Positions 24,601 to 36,800 of a stretch of DNA of 64,000 nt are shown one piece after another; the stretch's first letter is position 1; every line of letters begins with the position of its first letter. The position numbers and the translations under genes were made by a program. Source of the DNA: Klebsormidium nitens (taxonomy: Eukaryota > Plantae > Klebsormidiophyceae); contig DF236985.1 in the NCBI GenBank assembly GCA_000708835.1, forward strand, positions 1-64,000, in the 5' to 3' direction. Below the pieces are notes generated by a model. The model ran no database searches. It saw only the letters and a list, made by a program, of their open reading frames with translations, and had not been told where the DNA came from.

Positions 24601-25968
24601 AGCGGTCGGAATACTCATGCAGAATTTCTCAGACACCAGATGGCTAACATTCGTGTCGCTTCTGTAGAGGGCGGTCCGAAAGCCGCTGAACGCCATCCAG
24701 AGCGGTCCTTACTCCTGTGCTGGCCCCCAGACGAGGTAAGTGGCTCGTTATTTGTCCTGTCTTCTCCTTGTTCTGCCTCCCTCTTCTTGAAATATGTCCA
24801 GAAGTGTGTCACCTTTGAAAAGCTTAAGATCGACCTCTGGTCAAGTAGATGACAGTTGCGTTCCTGACCCCTGAGCACTTCAGCCCCCTGTTGTTTCGTC
24901 TTGAAAATAGCTCATAATCAGAACTCCTCGGGCTGAGGCACACGAGATCCACATTGTATAGTGCTCTCGAAGCTGTGTTAATCGAGAGAAGTAAAACTCG
25001 GAACGACGCGACGAACCTTGCTTATATATGTACATCCTTATAGGAGAGAGGAAGCTTATCCACCTGTTTGCTCAAGCACAGAGTGCTTTTCTTCTTCTAC
25101 GCCAATGTGTCCGTTACCTTTCTTGTCGCAGACCGACGAATCATCCCCGGAAGACGTCAAGAGCATGGGCGTGGAAGCCTTGAACGCTTACAAAGGGTCG
25201 ACGCTCATCTACGTGGGGGAGCCCCTCGAAAGCAAACCCTCTTCAGGCGAGAAAATCTCTAGAACGGCGGGGCCGCGGTTTGAGCGGAGCTTGAAGGAAG
25301 GCGGTTGGAAGTTGCAGAAGGAAGTGGAACTGCCTCACTGGCCGCAGTGTGGGGATCGGCTCCAGGTGTGGACCAGGGATAGTGCAGAGGTCTCCTCGAG
25401 CGGTAATGATGCGGAGGGCGGTAACGATCAGAAACCAGCGGGAGAAAGTACGAGCGGTACCGAGGAGTCGGAGAACGGCGACTCGGCGGAGGAGTCGGTT
25501 GAAGAGTTGAAAGAGAAGCTGCTACGTCTTACGGGGTCGGCATCGTCGGCTCGGGAGGCTTCCGCCGAAGATGGAGTGGCACGCGGGACGGCAGGAGGGA
25601 AAAAAGTGATTTTTTCGTGGAATACAGAGCACGGAGTGTCGCCAGACGTACTAGTAGATGTGTTGAAAGTCGCAGACACATTGCACAAGGCGCAACTTGT
25701 GGAGGCCCGGCGAAAAGGGGGAACAATGGTCGGGGAAGCGGAGCGGCAGGCCTACATGGAGATGCTGAGAGCGGCGTGGGATGCGGTCGCGAGCGACCTC
25801 ATCGCGCGGCGGGTCTACAAAGAGTGGCACGTGCGAAGAGTCCACGCCCCGCTTTCGCGCATAGAGGCAGAGACGAATACACGGCACATGGCTCGACAGG
25901 GGTTCTTGAGGAGGTACCTCATGCGGTTAGGGTACAAGATTGTCAAGGATAAGGAGGACTCCTTTTAG
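21623..25968 (+). CDS. Class I SAM-dependent methyltransferase-fold protein with a long low-complexity N-terminus; multi-exon
   Basis: Spliced motifs AIPTEEALEAIKQCSPKGVVE|IGAGSGYWAALL (SAM-binding GxGxG), SLLLCWPPDE, YKGSTLIYVGE and WKLQKEVELPHWPQCGDRLQVWTR, typical of a conserved uncharacterised methyltransferase-like family. Stop at 25968. Confidence 0.75.
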
Positions 25969-27899
25969 CACTGCATCAGGATAATAGAGCTGAAATACAG
26001 AGAGGGCGGCTTGCCTCTGAGGAGCCGCGATGGTGCATACATTCTACTTTCCAAGCTGCTCTTTTGCCATAGTCTGATCGAGCCACGACTCTAAAGTCAA
26101 CGTGAGCTTGTCCCGAACGACAGAACTTGAAGACTCGCACGGCTTGGAGACCACCATCTGAGATCCATGCAATCCATATGCGTGACGTGCATGACTCGCG
26201 CGCTCTATATACTAAGATCTAAAGCTAGTTCCCAAGGCTCAGCGGCGTACGCGTACCGGGAAGCTCACGACCATGCAGGTTGTTCACTGACTTTGTCAGT
26301 GAGAGCCCGTAATTGAACGAACAAGTCTTCTAACTTATGCATGCATATTACCAGACCAATTGAACTTTCAAGTGACGGTGGCTCTTGGTTGCACACCGAA
26401 TGAGGTGATCTGATCTGGGCGCCCAGAAAAGTACTAAGTACGAGAAAAAGGATTGGGACTGTCGGACGGCGCAGCCGCCCCAGACGTCCGAGTCTGGTCG
26501 CGGCCGTTGGGCGCCGCAGGGCCGCGGGGGCGGGCACCTTCAATCAATCGTGGGCGGTAGCCACTGCCACCGTAGCCGCGCGCACATGCACAGGGAGGTT
26601 TGGTTTCCTCTCCCAGTCTTTCTCCCGGTTCTCCCCCTCCGACCGGCGGAAACAAGCGTGCGCCCCCGCTTGGATGCACTAAGGGCTAATATTCCCTCCG
26701 ATAATGGGGGGACAATGCTGATGATCGGCGGAGGAGACAGGCCTCCCCAATTCAGGGACCAGAAAAGGATCCTCCCCTCCAGCTGCTAGATGTTCACTCG
26801 ATCGCCCAATATCGCCATGTAAGATATGCTTTAAATGGTGAAGAGTCGTCCTCCTTACTTCGCAATTTTCATCATGCGCATGGATTCCACGGCCTTATGG
26901 GCATCAGCAGTATCAATTCAAGATCTTGTATACTGCGCTTCTCGTGTCCGAGAGCCTTGCCACCTCTAAGCTTAACCACAAAAATCCTACTCGCGAGGCT
27001 CTGTCCTGGGAACTGGTAGCTTGCCATCGCTTGGGGCATCAATAGGACGTAACCAGGCAGCGTGCTTTCTTCCAGGCCGAGCCTAGCTGCTTGTTTACAC
27101 AAACAGGGCTGACATGGATTTGACCCGGGTGAAAAGAAGCCCAGGATCTTGTATTGAGTTTCTCTCCGAGTCCCTCTCAAACTTCGAAGTCTGCAAATGT
27201 ACACCCCTCTAGCTTGGAAGATATGAAGTGCTTTCTATCTGCTGTTTTTGACCCGCTAAACCCATAATCTCAAGAGGAAAACAATTATTGCTTTCCTACA
27301 AAGTTCTGTCTTATGCTGGCGGACGATTTTCTAGTTGGCCAGATTTCGGTGAAATGTACAAGCATTCGGTCCCTTCAAATGCAAGCGCTTCTCTCTCCTA
27401 GCTCGTTAAAGGAAGAGAACTCTTTCCTTACACAGATGCTTCAAAAGTTGTCCAGACCAGGATACGGCTGTCTGGTGCCGGCGGATTCACGTCAAAGTTG
27501 TCTAATCACCTCATAGGCTGCCTGCACTTGGAGCCAAACGTATCAAAACCCGCTTGGCCTGCTGCCTAGCGAGAGAATATGGCCCATTCACGACGGTCAG
27601 AAGAAGCCATGCAACGCGATACCGAGTGCGGTGATCAATAGCTACGCAAATGATTCCGGTCTTTTTAGAGCACTTGCAACGGCCTTATAGCTCAAACGAG
27701 ACTGTGGGAAAAAGGCTACACACCTTTGCAATTGACAGGACTTTGAACGGTTATCGACGTAGCATCCCGATCAAATACCGCATCAGAAACTCTGGAACCT
27801 AGATACGAACTGCCAAGTTGTGAACAAGAAAGTCAACTTGGCCAGCTTTCGTACCGCCACTTCCTTGCAATCTTTGACGAGAATCTTACCAGTCGCTTG

Positions 27900-30800
27900 T
27901 TAGGACCCTGCCTTTTCTGCTCGTTTTGCCTCGTCGACTCTCTCAAAGTGCTCGTGGACCTGCGAAAAGTGCACAGCCGGAGGTAAAGAAACTTTGCTGC
28001 TAAATCTGGTCGGATGCAGGAAATGCATCAAGCTCTTTCAGGTATCCATGGAGCATACAAGGATGTGTACTTGCGTTCTAGAGCTACAGACGAAGAGAAG
28101 AAGCCCCATCATCTCGACGCCTATCTCGAGCTCTTCCAAGGACAATGCATCAACAAGAGAGACTGACGTGAGCGAACCTGTCTCTTGCGGATTTGAGAGT
28201 CATTGCGAAGAGGATTCCCAACACTGCAAGGGCAATCTTTGGCAGCAAACTCCGGTACGTACCTCCACGAGCGACCGGAACCGAGGGGTGCCGGATGGGC
28301 CCACGTAGTAGTAGTCAATCTTTCCTGAAAAGTTGAAGAAACGAGATCTAGCGGAAGTCATTCGTTGCCATGTTTTAGAAGGCGAGGGGGCAGTGCACGG
28401 AACGGAGGTTGGCAAATAGGATTCTGAAATTCGTCGAGCCTTCTTCTTCGGAAAGGACGCATGAAGCGTCAAGCCTCCGCATAGGCCTGGCTGCTTTGCA
28501 GTCCTCAAGTCACAAAGATATGAGCTACTTGTGCTTCTTTAAAGAAATCTACAGAAGAGGCCGTCAAACAAGCCGTCTTCGGGTACGTCCATAAGTGACC
28601 CTCTTCACCCTCGCAAGCTAGCGACGAAGCTAATGTGGCCCCAAGACTATCCAATTCATAAAATCATCAATACGCCGAGATAACGTTGATGTAAACGCAC
28701 TGGGACGGTTAGGGTTAGTATGGTGGTTGAGGTGGGTAGGGCTGCGGAGCAGGTATCTTTTGGGTCAAGGTTTTCGTAAGTTAGTCGGAGCTTATTGTTA
28801 TGTGGCTTACCCTTATGTTTCTTGAGTCTCATCCCAAAGCTGTCTTGAAACGTCTCGCTTTAATGCAAGGTTTTCGCAATCAAGAATCAAGAATGTCGCA
28901 CGCACTTGCGCAGGTCAAAGATCCGCTGGGGTTACCTGGACTGACGCCTCCCTCCCCCCGTTTCCTGGTATCCATTCTCCACCCCTCCCTCTCCAGGCGC
29001 GCGCGCACACATTCGGCCTCGGCTGGAGACACTTGCGGCCCGCGGCCGCCCGCGCGCGTGCTCAGCACCGCGGCCGCCTTTCCGCCTTCCCTATCGTCAA
29101 AGAACTGCTGGAGCTTGACCAGACTGTCTGTCTTGAACGTTTTCTTGAGCTGATTCGGTATTCGTACGTGTACTTCCGGTCCTCTCTTTTTCCGTCTTTC
29201 CGTTTCCGGTACTCGATCCGGACGCCTTCCGGCAGCTCGGACGCCTCGTACGCGCGCCACGCGTCCTTGAACCCCGCGGCCGACGCGCCGTACTGCGCGC
29301 ACAGCCGCTCGCAAAACCAGAGCACCTCGCGCGCGCGCCACGGCGTTCCCTTTCCGCTCGCTCCTTCCGTTCCGTTCAGTTCTTCTGGCGCCACATTGGA
29401 CTTCTTTATTTTGTATTCACCGAGTACTTTATTCGCAAAAGCGCCGCCGTGATGCTTGAATGAGGCTTCCTTTGTACCAGCCAGATGCTCCGTTTCCTTC
29501 GTTTCCGTTCCGTCCGCCGTCTCTTGCTTTTCCGTTGCCGGCGCCTCTGTGAAAATTTCACTGGGGCGAAGCGTCGTCTCCTCCTCTCGACCGTCATGAT
29601 ACCGCACTCTGTACGTCAGCCGGCGCGTCACTCTCTTGCCCCACAGAGGCCCCTCCAAAACCCTTCCCCGCACCAGCATAGGACACTCGTCTTCGTTCAG
29701 GACTTGTTTTTCAAACCAGCGCTCCAAAAGCTTCGTTTCGGGTCCTTGATTTCTATACGGTTCCGCAGGATTTGCATCCGCCGGAACGTCAGAAGATCCT
29801 TTACCCCCGGTGGCCTGACCCATACTGACTGGCCCCGTCTCTAACTCTTCTGCTTTGACCTTTGCTTCTTCTTTGCTGCTCTTCTCTGATCCGACATCCT
29901 CTAAGGGCTCCCCGGCACTCCGCTTGATCCGTTTCCGCCCGTCTCCGCCGCTCCGGTCTGAAGCGTCTCTTAAGAGTGCCGTGCGCTTCAGTCTCGTCAC
30001 AACAGCAGCGCGACCCCCCAGGGCTTTGCCGGGCCGTGGCTTTGCCACGGCCGCCACTCCCCCTGCTAAACCTCGGTCCGGCTGCTTCGCGCTCGCGGCC
30101 GCCGTCGCGCAGGGCACCGAATGCTGGCTGCCCGTTCTGATCGGCTGCTGACCCTCTTCCGCTCTGTGGTAGTCCGTGTCCGTTTTGCGCGGGGGTGAGG
30201 TTTTGGCTGGATTAAGCCGCCGTGATGGGCGGTTCAGGATCTGAGCGACCTGCTCCAGGTCTGACGTCTTGCTGACGTCGAGCGTCGGGCCAGCCCCGCC
30301 TGACCTGGAGCGCTGCCAGTATTGGGCGAGGGCCTGCAAACGATGAAAAAAATGTTTCCTGCTCACAAAACCTCAAGTCAAATTTGTACGATTTTATCGT
30401 GGCCGGATGAAAGATAAGAGTGAATCTTGTCAACTCTTCTGCCCACAAAAAGTGCTTTGAAAGGTCTCTGATAACAAAAGCGGCAGGCTTTTTGAAAGTA
30501 ATGGAATCTTTCTTCCATAGTCATGTCTTCACCTCGATAGTGCTGGTTTTGCGGAACGTATCTTTACAACCATTGGAGACTGGGGATCCAGTCTTAAGTG
30601 TACGTATGGAGCTTTGTTTCTCAAGATGCCGGAATCAAGTGAGAATCATCGAGAACAGAATGAGTATACGTAGCTCTTTCTGAGATCCTGAAAGCCACTC
30701 ACCTTAATTAGGAGCAGTATCTCCGAGTCTCTCCTCGACGGAAGCCCCATCTTCACGTCGTCTTTCGCAGACCGGCTCCCATCCTTCTGCGTCTTTCCCT

Positions 30801-33800
30801 TCTCCCCTTCTCTGAAGCACTTCTCCGCAAATCTCAGCCCTCCGTCGTCTGCGTCCCCGAAACATTCCTCTAACAGCCGCACATACGCCGTCAGTTCCTT
30901 TTCCTTCCGATCGATTCCCGCTTCCGTGCACGCTCGCCTCAGCTCCGCCATTCGCTCCTTCAGTGAACCTCGAAACCGCGCGCGCGTTAGAGCCGCGAGG
31001 AGCGCGCGCGTCTCGCCCGCCGTCCACTGTATGTCTTCCGACTCTTGGGCGACTTCGTCGTCTGGCTCGGCCGCTAGCTTTTCCTCGGTTTGAAGCACCT
31101 CGCCAAACCTCTCGTGCAGGGTTTGCGCACGCGCGAGCGAGAGCGCGAGCGCGGCGAGGCGGCCGCGGTCTAGAAGCGCGGACAGCTCCGTAACGAAATC
31201 CGTCCGCAAGAGCTGCTTGCAGTCGTTCCGGACGAAGGAAAGCGCTTGTGTGTAGCGGGACGAGATACCCTCAATCATCTGCGCAGATCAAGCTGAGAGA
31301 AGTTCCGTTTGAGTCCCTTCTCCAAAGACTTAACGGTAAGTGCACGCCGTCAGGGGGGGCTGCCAACGAGTATATCGTGCGCCGAACGCATCACGGTTCC
31401 TTTAGAGAAAGGCAGTTGCTTAGAAGTCGTACATGATTGATTTTCTGGTAAATTACCTGGAAACTTGGCAAATAGAGACGAGTTCCACTCACAGCTTTCA
31501 GAAGAAGGTGTAAGCAGGACATCCGCGGACGTCGCGACGCCAGAAGAACCATAAGAGAGTTTGGCGAAGCCGTTTGCATAGAAGATTGTGCTTTTTTCCC
31601 CGTTTGACAAGATAGCACTAGAAGGAATGCGATAATAGGCACGATAATGAAGCACTGTGAAGCAACTTCTTAAACATGAAAGCGGTGAAAAATAAAATAC
31701 AAAGAGCCGGTCACCCCACCTTCCGCACGAAAATCTCAGCTAGCTTGGGGCACGCCGTCTCGACGACCATCAGCTTCGACTTCTGGCCGCTGGCGGGGCG
31801 ACCCCACTTGGCCTGCTTGCCACGTGTCAGCCTCACGCAGAGCCGCGCGGTCTCGACGCCGATCTCTTGCTCGGCGCCGTGTTTGATCACCTCGAAGACG
31901 CGCATCGCGGCCAGGCTGTCGAGGTGGCGGGAGACGATCCGGTCGAAGTTGAGGCGGATCAGCTGGACGGAACGGAAAGGGATCTCGTTTGAAACGGTAT
32001 CAGGCCCATTACAGCATTGCGTCAGGAGGCGAGACTTTTCACGCTTCCAAGCAGATGCTTTTTGAATGACACGAGATGTTAGAACTGTTGTTCAGGAGCC
32101 TCAGAAAGTGAGCTGAGGTGATTTTCCTGCTGATAAATTTTTGCGAACGCCTCTCGGGGACAAGAAAGTATCTCACGGCTCGACCGCCCCCAAACTGATT
32201 GGAGCACCACTTTCAGTATCTGAAAGTGCGCTCCCAACGTCTGACCGCGCGCGCACCTCCGTCAGCAGCTCGCACCCGCCGCGCTCCACCGCGTGGCCCA
32301 GGTCGCTCAGCGCCGCCGAAGCCGCGGCCGCGAGCGCGCCCACAAACCCCTCCAGTAACCCCGGGAGCTTGCCGCCGGTCCGCCGCGCGCGCGCGGCCCC
32401 GCGGTCGCAAGCGATCCCCAATGCCGCGTAGAGCTTTTCCACTGGGTACAGTAGAAGAGGCCGGATCATGACGTCTTGAAGATGGGTGCTCTCCCATTCC
32501 ATGTGGTTCAGAAGGGCGGGGACTGGGCCCCTGTCGAGTGCCGCCCGGAGGCCTCCGGTGAAGAGCGACGGCGGAACCCGTTCCGGCTGGTCGGAGCGGA
32601 ATTCGACCAGCCGGGCGAGCTGCAATGAGTATCACGAGCAGAGGTTTGTTCTCGTTATGTTTTAAAGTCTGATACCTTCAAAATCTTTTGCTGGTTTTGA
32701 TGTGTGATACAAATAGTCAGAGGTTTTGAAATTGCTGATCGAAGAGACACAACTATCCTCCAAAGTGACCAGGGGGCGTTCTGCTTGACTCTACACGGTC
32801 GTTGACAATGCTTCCTTTGAAGTCCTACTTGCAAACGATGAAAATACGCGAAGTCCCACAACAAGAGGTGTCTGGCAACGGATTTGAGCTCTTAGGAAAG
32901 TTAATATCATTCCACAGCAAAGCCTCCAACATGATCATGAAAGCAGTTTTCTAACCGAGCGCGCTTTCGCACCTCTTTTCCGCATCGGAGCGCCGTACAA
33001 CCCTCCGCATCCGGCTGCAATTCTCGTCTGGTGTCTCCGGCCACCTCCACTGAAAGGTCCGCCACCATCTTAGGCAGCTTGAGCTTTCTGGGCGCGCTCG
33101 CGCGCGCGAGCGCGGCCCGGAACTCCCCCTGCTTCTTGGGAAGGAAGACCGCGCGCGCAAGCTTGAAAGTTCCCGCGCCCATGTCCTGATGGGCGCGGAG
33201 AAGCTCCTGCGCGCCCGACAGGATCGCGCGCAATGCGCAGCTCCGCGCGGCGGCGCTGCTGCTGCGCAGAAATTTGCGGAGCTGCGGCATGTGGGAGTCG
33301 GCTTCGGAGATGGGCTGCATAGAATAGAATTGAACATTAGAAAACTTGCGACAGTGCATAAGCATGCGATGAAAAATGTAGGAATTACCTACTGTAGAAC
33401 AGTCGTACTTCAAGAAAGGGCGTTACTAAAGGCACAGAGGAACTTTGCAGACTGCATTAGGGCGTCGAAAGTGTCGAATTGTGCAACATATAACAAGTCT
33501 CTGACGTCCTCGCCAACTAGCAGGAATGTGTCTGCTACTTAACTTATTTCTGTACGCAAGAGATATCTTGGATTCATAGACTGGCTAAAAAAAACGTCAT
33601 CAATCAAAATCAAAAGTTTACTTCACACTGGCCTTCGAGCTCGAGGGTAACCAGCCGCAAGTGGAGCTCTACTTTCTCTTTCTGACCCCCTGGTCCTGGC
33701 CCACAATCAGCACACTCAGCAGCACTTCGATGAATTCTAAGTATATAAAAAGGGTTCCCTCACAGCGGGTCACTCACCAGATACTCGATCGGCACAGATC

Positions 33801-36800
33801 TGGGGTGATACAACAAGCGCGGGTAGATGACCATAAACTCGACTGGGGCGACAATCTCCTGGGCTCTTCGCTCCGCGGCGCGCCGGGGCAGGTTCTCCCG
33901 GGCGATCGTGAGGTTCTCGAGCGCGGCCGCGACCGCGTCCCGCCGCGCGTCGGCCCAGTCGGCCTCCGCTTGCTGGAGAATCCTTCGCTCGGTGGGGTTA
34001 TTGTGATGGTGCCTGGTAGATGGAGCCAAATGTTCAAAACGCTTTTTTGAGTCACAATACGGCACAACAAACCCCAAGAGCGTTCTGACAGAAAGCCGAC
34101 CCAGTCAGAGATGGGCCAGCTGCAAAGTGCACTTTCTCGTGCATGAGTAAGAGCAGAGGCGACTGAATCGGAGATGTAAACAGGTATTCAAGTCAGCGCA
34201 GAGTCTTCTCAGAAGTGCTCTCTTTTGAGTAATAGACGGCAGATCAATCCTTGATTTGGAGGCCTTGTTCTATCAAAGTAAACGAAAGTGGTCAATCCAA
34301 GAAAAGCATTCTATCCGTACCCTGGAACCAGAGCCGTGCTGTGAACTCCAGACGTATCTTCGCCCCACCAAAGATCTCCCGCGCAAATGACGGCGACCGG
34401 CTTCTGCCGGAAAGCCCCGTGCGCGTCGCCCTCCCCTTGGCGGCACAAAAGGAGCGTCTCGGCGAGGCGGCGGATGGCAGCCTGATGGAAACAACTGACT
34501 TGATGTTCGTCTGTGTCGATTTACGGATAAGGGTTATTTGGAGGAAAAAGAACCAATTCGCGAATTTTACAGGCAAAAGAGGACAAAAGAGGCAAAAGAG
34601 GTTGAAAATGATTCCAGGCAACTGCAGATTCAAGAGGACAACGCGCAAGATTCAGAAAACTACAGCTTTAGAGAAGAGGCGGCTTGGAACAAACGTTTGG
34701 CATTCACCTGTTGATCCTTCCGAGGGTCCATTGTGACCAGAACTTTCTGGGCGGCTTTCATCTCCTGCAGCAAAGTTGCACCATATTTCATCGATTCTAC
34801 GGGCTAACGTGCCTCGAAGTGGTCTGAAGATGCTGAGGTCCACCCCCTGAAACGGGCTTTCTAAGAAGCGTTTCAATTTCAACAAAAGGAAATTTGGTCT
34901 TAAAGTCCAATCCAAAATCATTCTACAACACATGGGACACAGCTACAATCGAAGGGATATCTACCGTACAGACCTCCGGCTTCTTCTTCTGAAACGAAGC
35001 AAAAGTGAAAACCCCACAGGGCAACAAGGTGCGCGCAAAATATCTGAATTTTCTCGAAAATCCCTAGGCACGATTAGCTGGCGCAGATCATGCTGCTCAC
35101 CGCTAGTGCGTCGATGCCGAACGGCCCGGCGTCGTCCGACACGCCCGGCAGGTCCACGAAGTCGTGAAATTGCACCGCTATGTGGGGCATCTCGAAAACC
35201 GCCTTGTAGACCAGAGGCCAGTGAGGCTGCGATGTAGGGAGGGTAAGGTGTTCTACATTTAGGTTTTGCGGAGAGACTCTGAGATGTACTTTCTGTGACG
35301 AAGGAGAGCTGAGATTCTGAACTTCAGGGCCTAACAGGGTGGATTTGAGCTGACGGTCATGAGGAAGATCTGGAGGCTCAAAGACTGTTTCAGCAGTGTA
35401 AGAGTGTAAAAGGACGAAGTACAGAAGTTTGGTCGGTAGATACCAAAATGTCCCCGGGCCCCGTCTGCTACTTTAGGTGAACAGTGGAAAAGGAAAGAAC
35501 AGAACATCTTTGGTTATGATTTGCCGCTTTCGCATAGGCTCCCGCAGTGGCTTGGCAAAGACCTCTTCGGGCCGGTTGATCAAGATTTACGCGCTGGCTC
35601 ATTCACGGGGCCGATCTGATCATCCTTGAAGCTTGCATGCGCGCCTGCGTTAGAGCAGAGGCGCCCAAAAATTGCGAACTAGACGTGCTGCCTTTGCTCT
35701 CCCTTTATCTTGATTGCTACCAGATCTAGAGGGGTCCTCGATATGTGGCATTCGACCGCGCACGATGAACCTCACCTCGTTCCGCGCCCGCCCGTCTCGC
35801 GTGTAGCATCCCATTATCCGCAGAGTAGAAAAGTCTCGGCACAGGCAAATGTGCTCTTCCAGGGTCGTGTCGGGTGACGTGGTGCGGCATGGCGCAAACA
35901 CCTCCACCTGCGAAATTCGATTTCACCCCTGAAACTTGATGATTCACCGAAAGCAGTACTGTGCATTCCTTATGTCAAATCAATCGCACGTTCGTGAGAA
36001 GAGCCCAGCACGAAGTTCTATAACTCTGCACGGAGCTGTGAGAACACCCAAAGCTCAATTAGTTTTACTTGTGATCGCATTTTACCGGACCGGCAAACAT
36101 TACTCGCTGACGTAATCAGTGGGCTTCGATGCTGGTGCACTCTGGCATCAACTCTTCACAAAGCAAGATCTAGGATGAGTGCACGAGAAAATAGTGCGTT
36201 TCGTGGACACAAGCGACCTCTGGATTTCACCACAATCCGACGGGTCCATTCCGTTCCGTTCCGTTCACACGCCCCACCTTTCCGGCGGAGCTCATCCGCG
36301 CGCGGCAGCGCTCCGGCAGCTTGAAGTCGCCGTCGACCAGCTCGCAGATGGGGGTGTTAACAGGCTTCCCGAGCAGTGCCAGCGCCGTCTGAATAAACGG
36401 CTCCCGCAGAATCTCCGCGTCTTCGTCCGCATTCACACCGCCATCGCTTTCGTAACCTTCCCCCAGGTCTAGTCCGTCGAGAAGCGCACTCTTCTTTGGA
36501 GGTCCAACTAAGGAAGTGACTCCACCAGGGGCAGTTTTGGTCTCTCTCCACAGTTGCCAGAGTCTGCAAGAAGAGGAAAGACCAAGAAGGGGGTCTAAAA
36601 CTTGCCCCTGCTGTAATAACTTCGGGATTCGAGGAATGCTTCCTGTCGAACCACATTCTGTGGGTGGGTTGAGAAACTTCGCTTTTTCTAGTATTTTCAT
36701 CACCGGTAACAAGTTTGGCTGCAAACACTGTCCGCCTGATTAGCTTTTTGAACAGTCCTGCTGCTCTCATCCAGCTCTAGAGAGACGAAGGCGAATCTGT

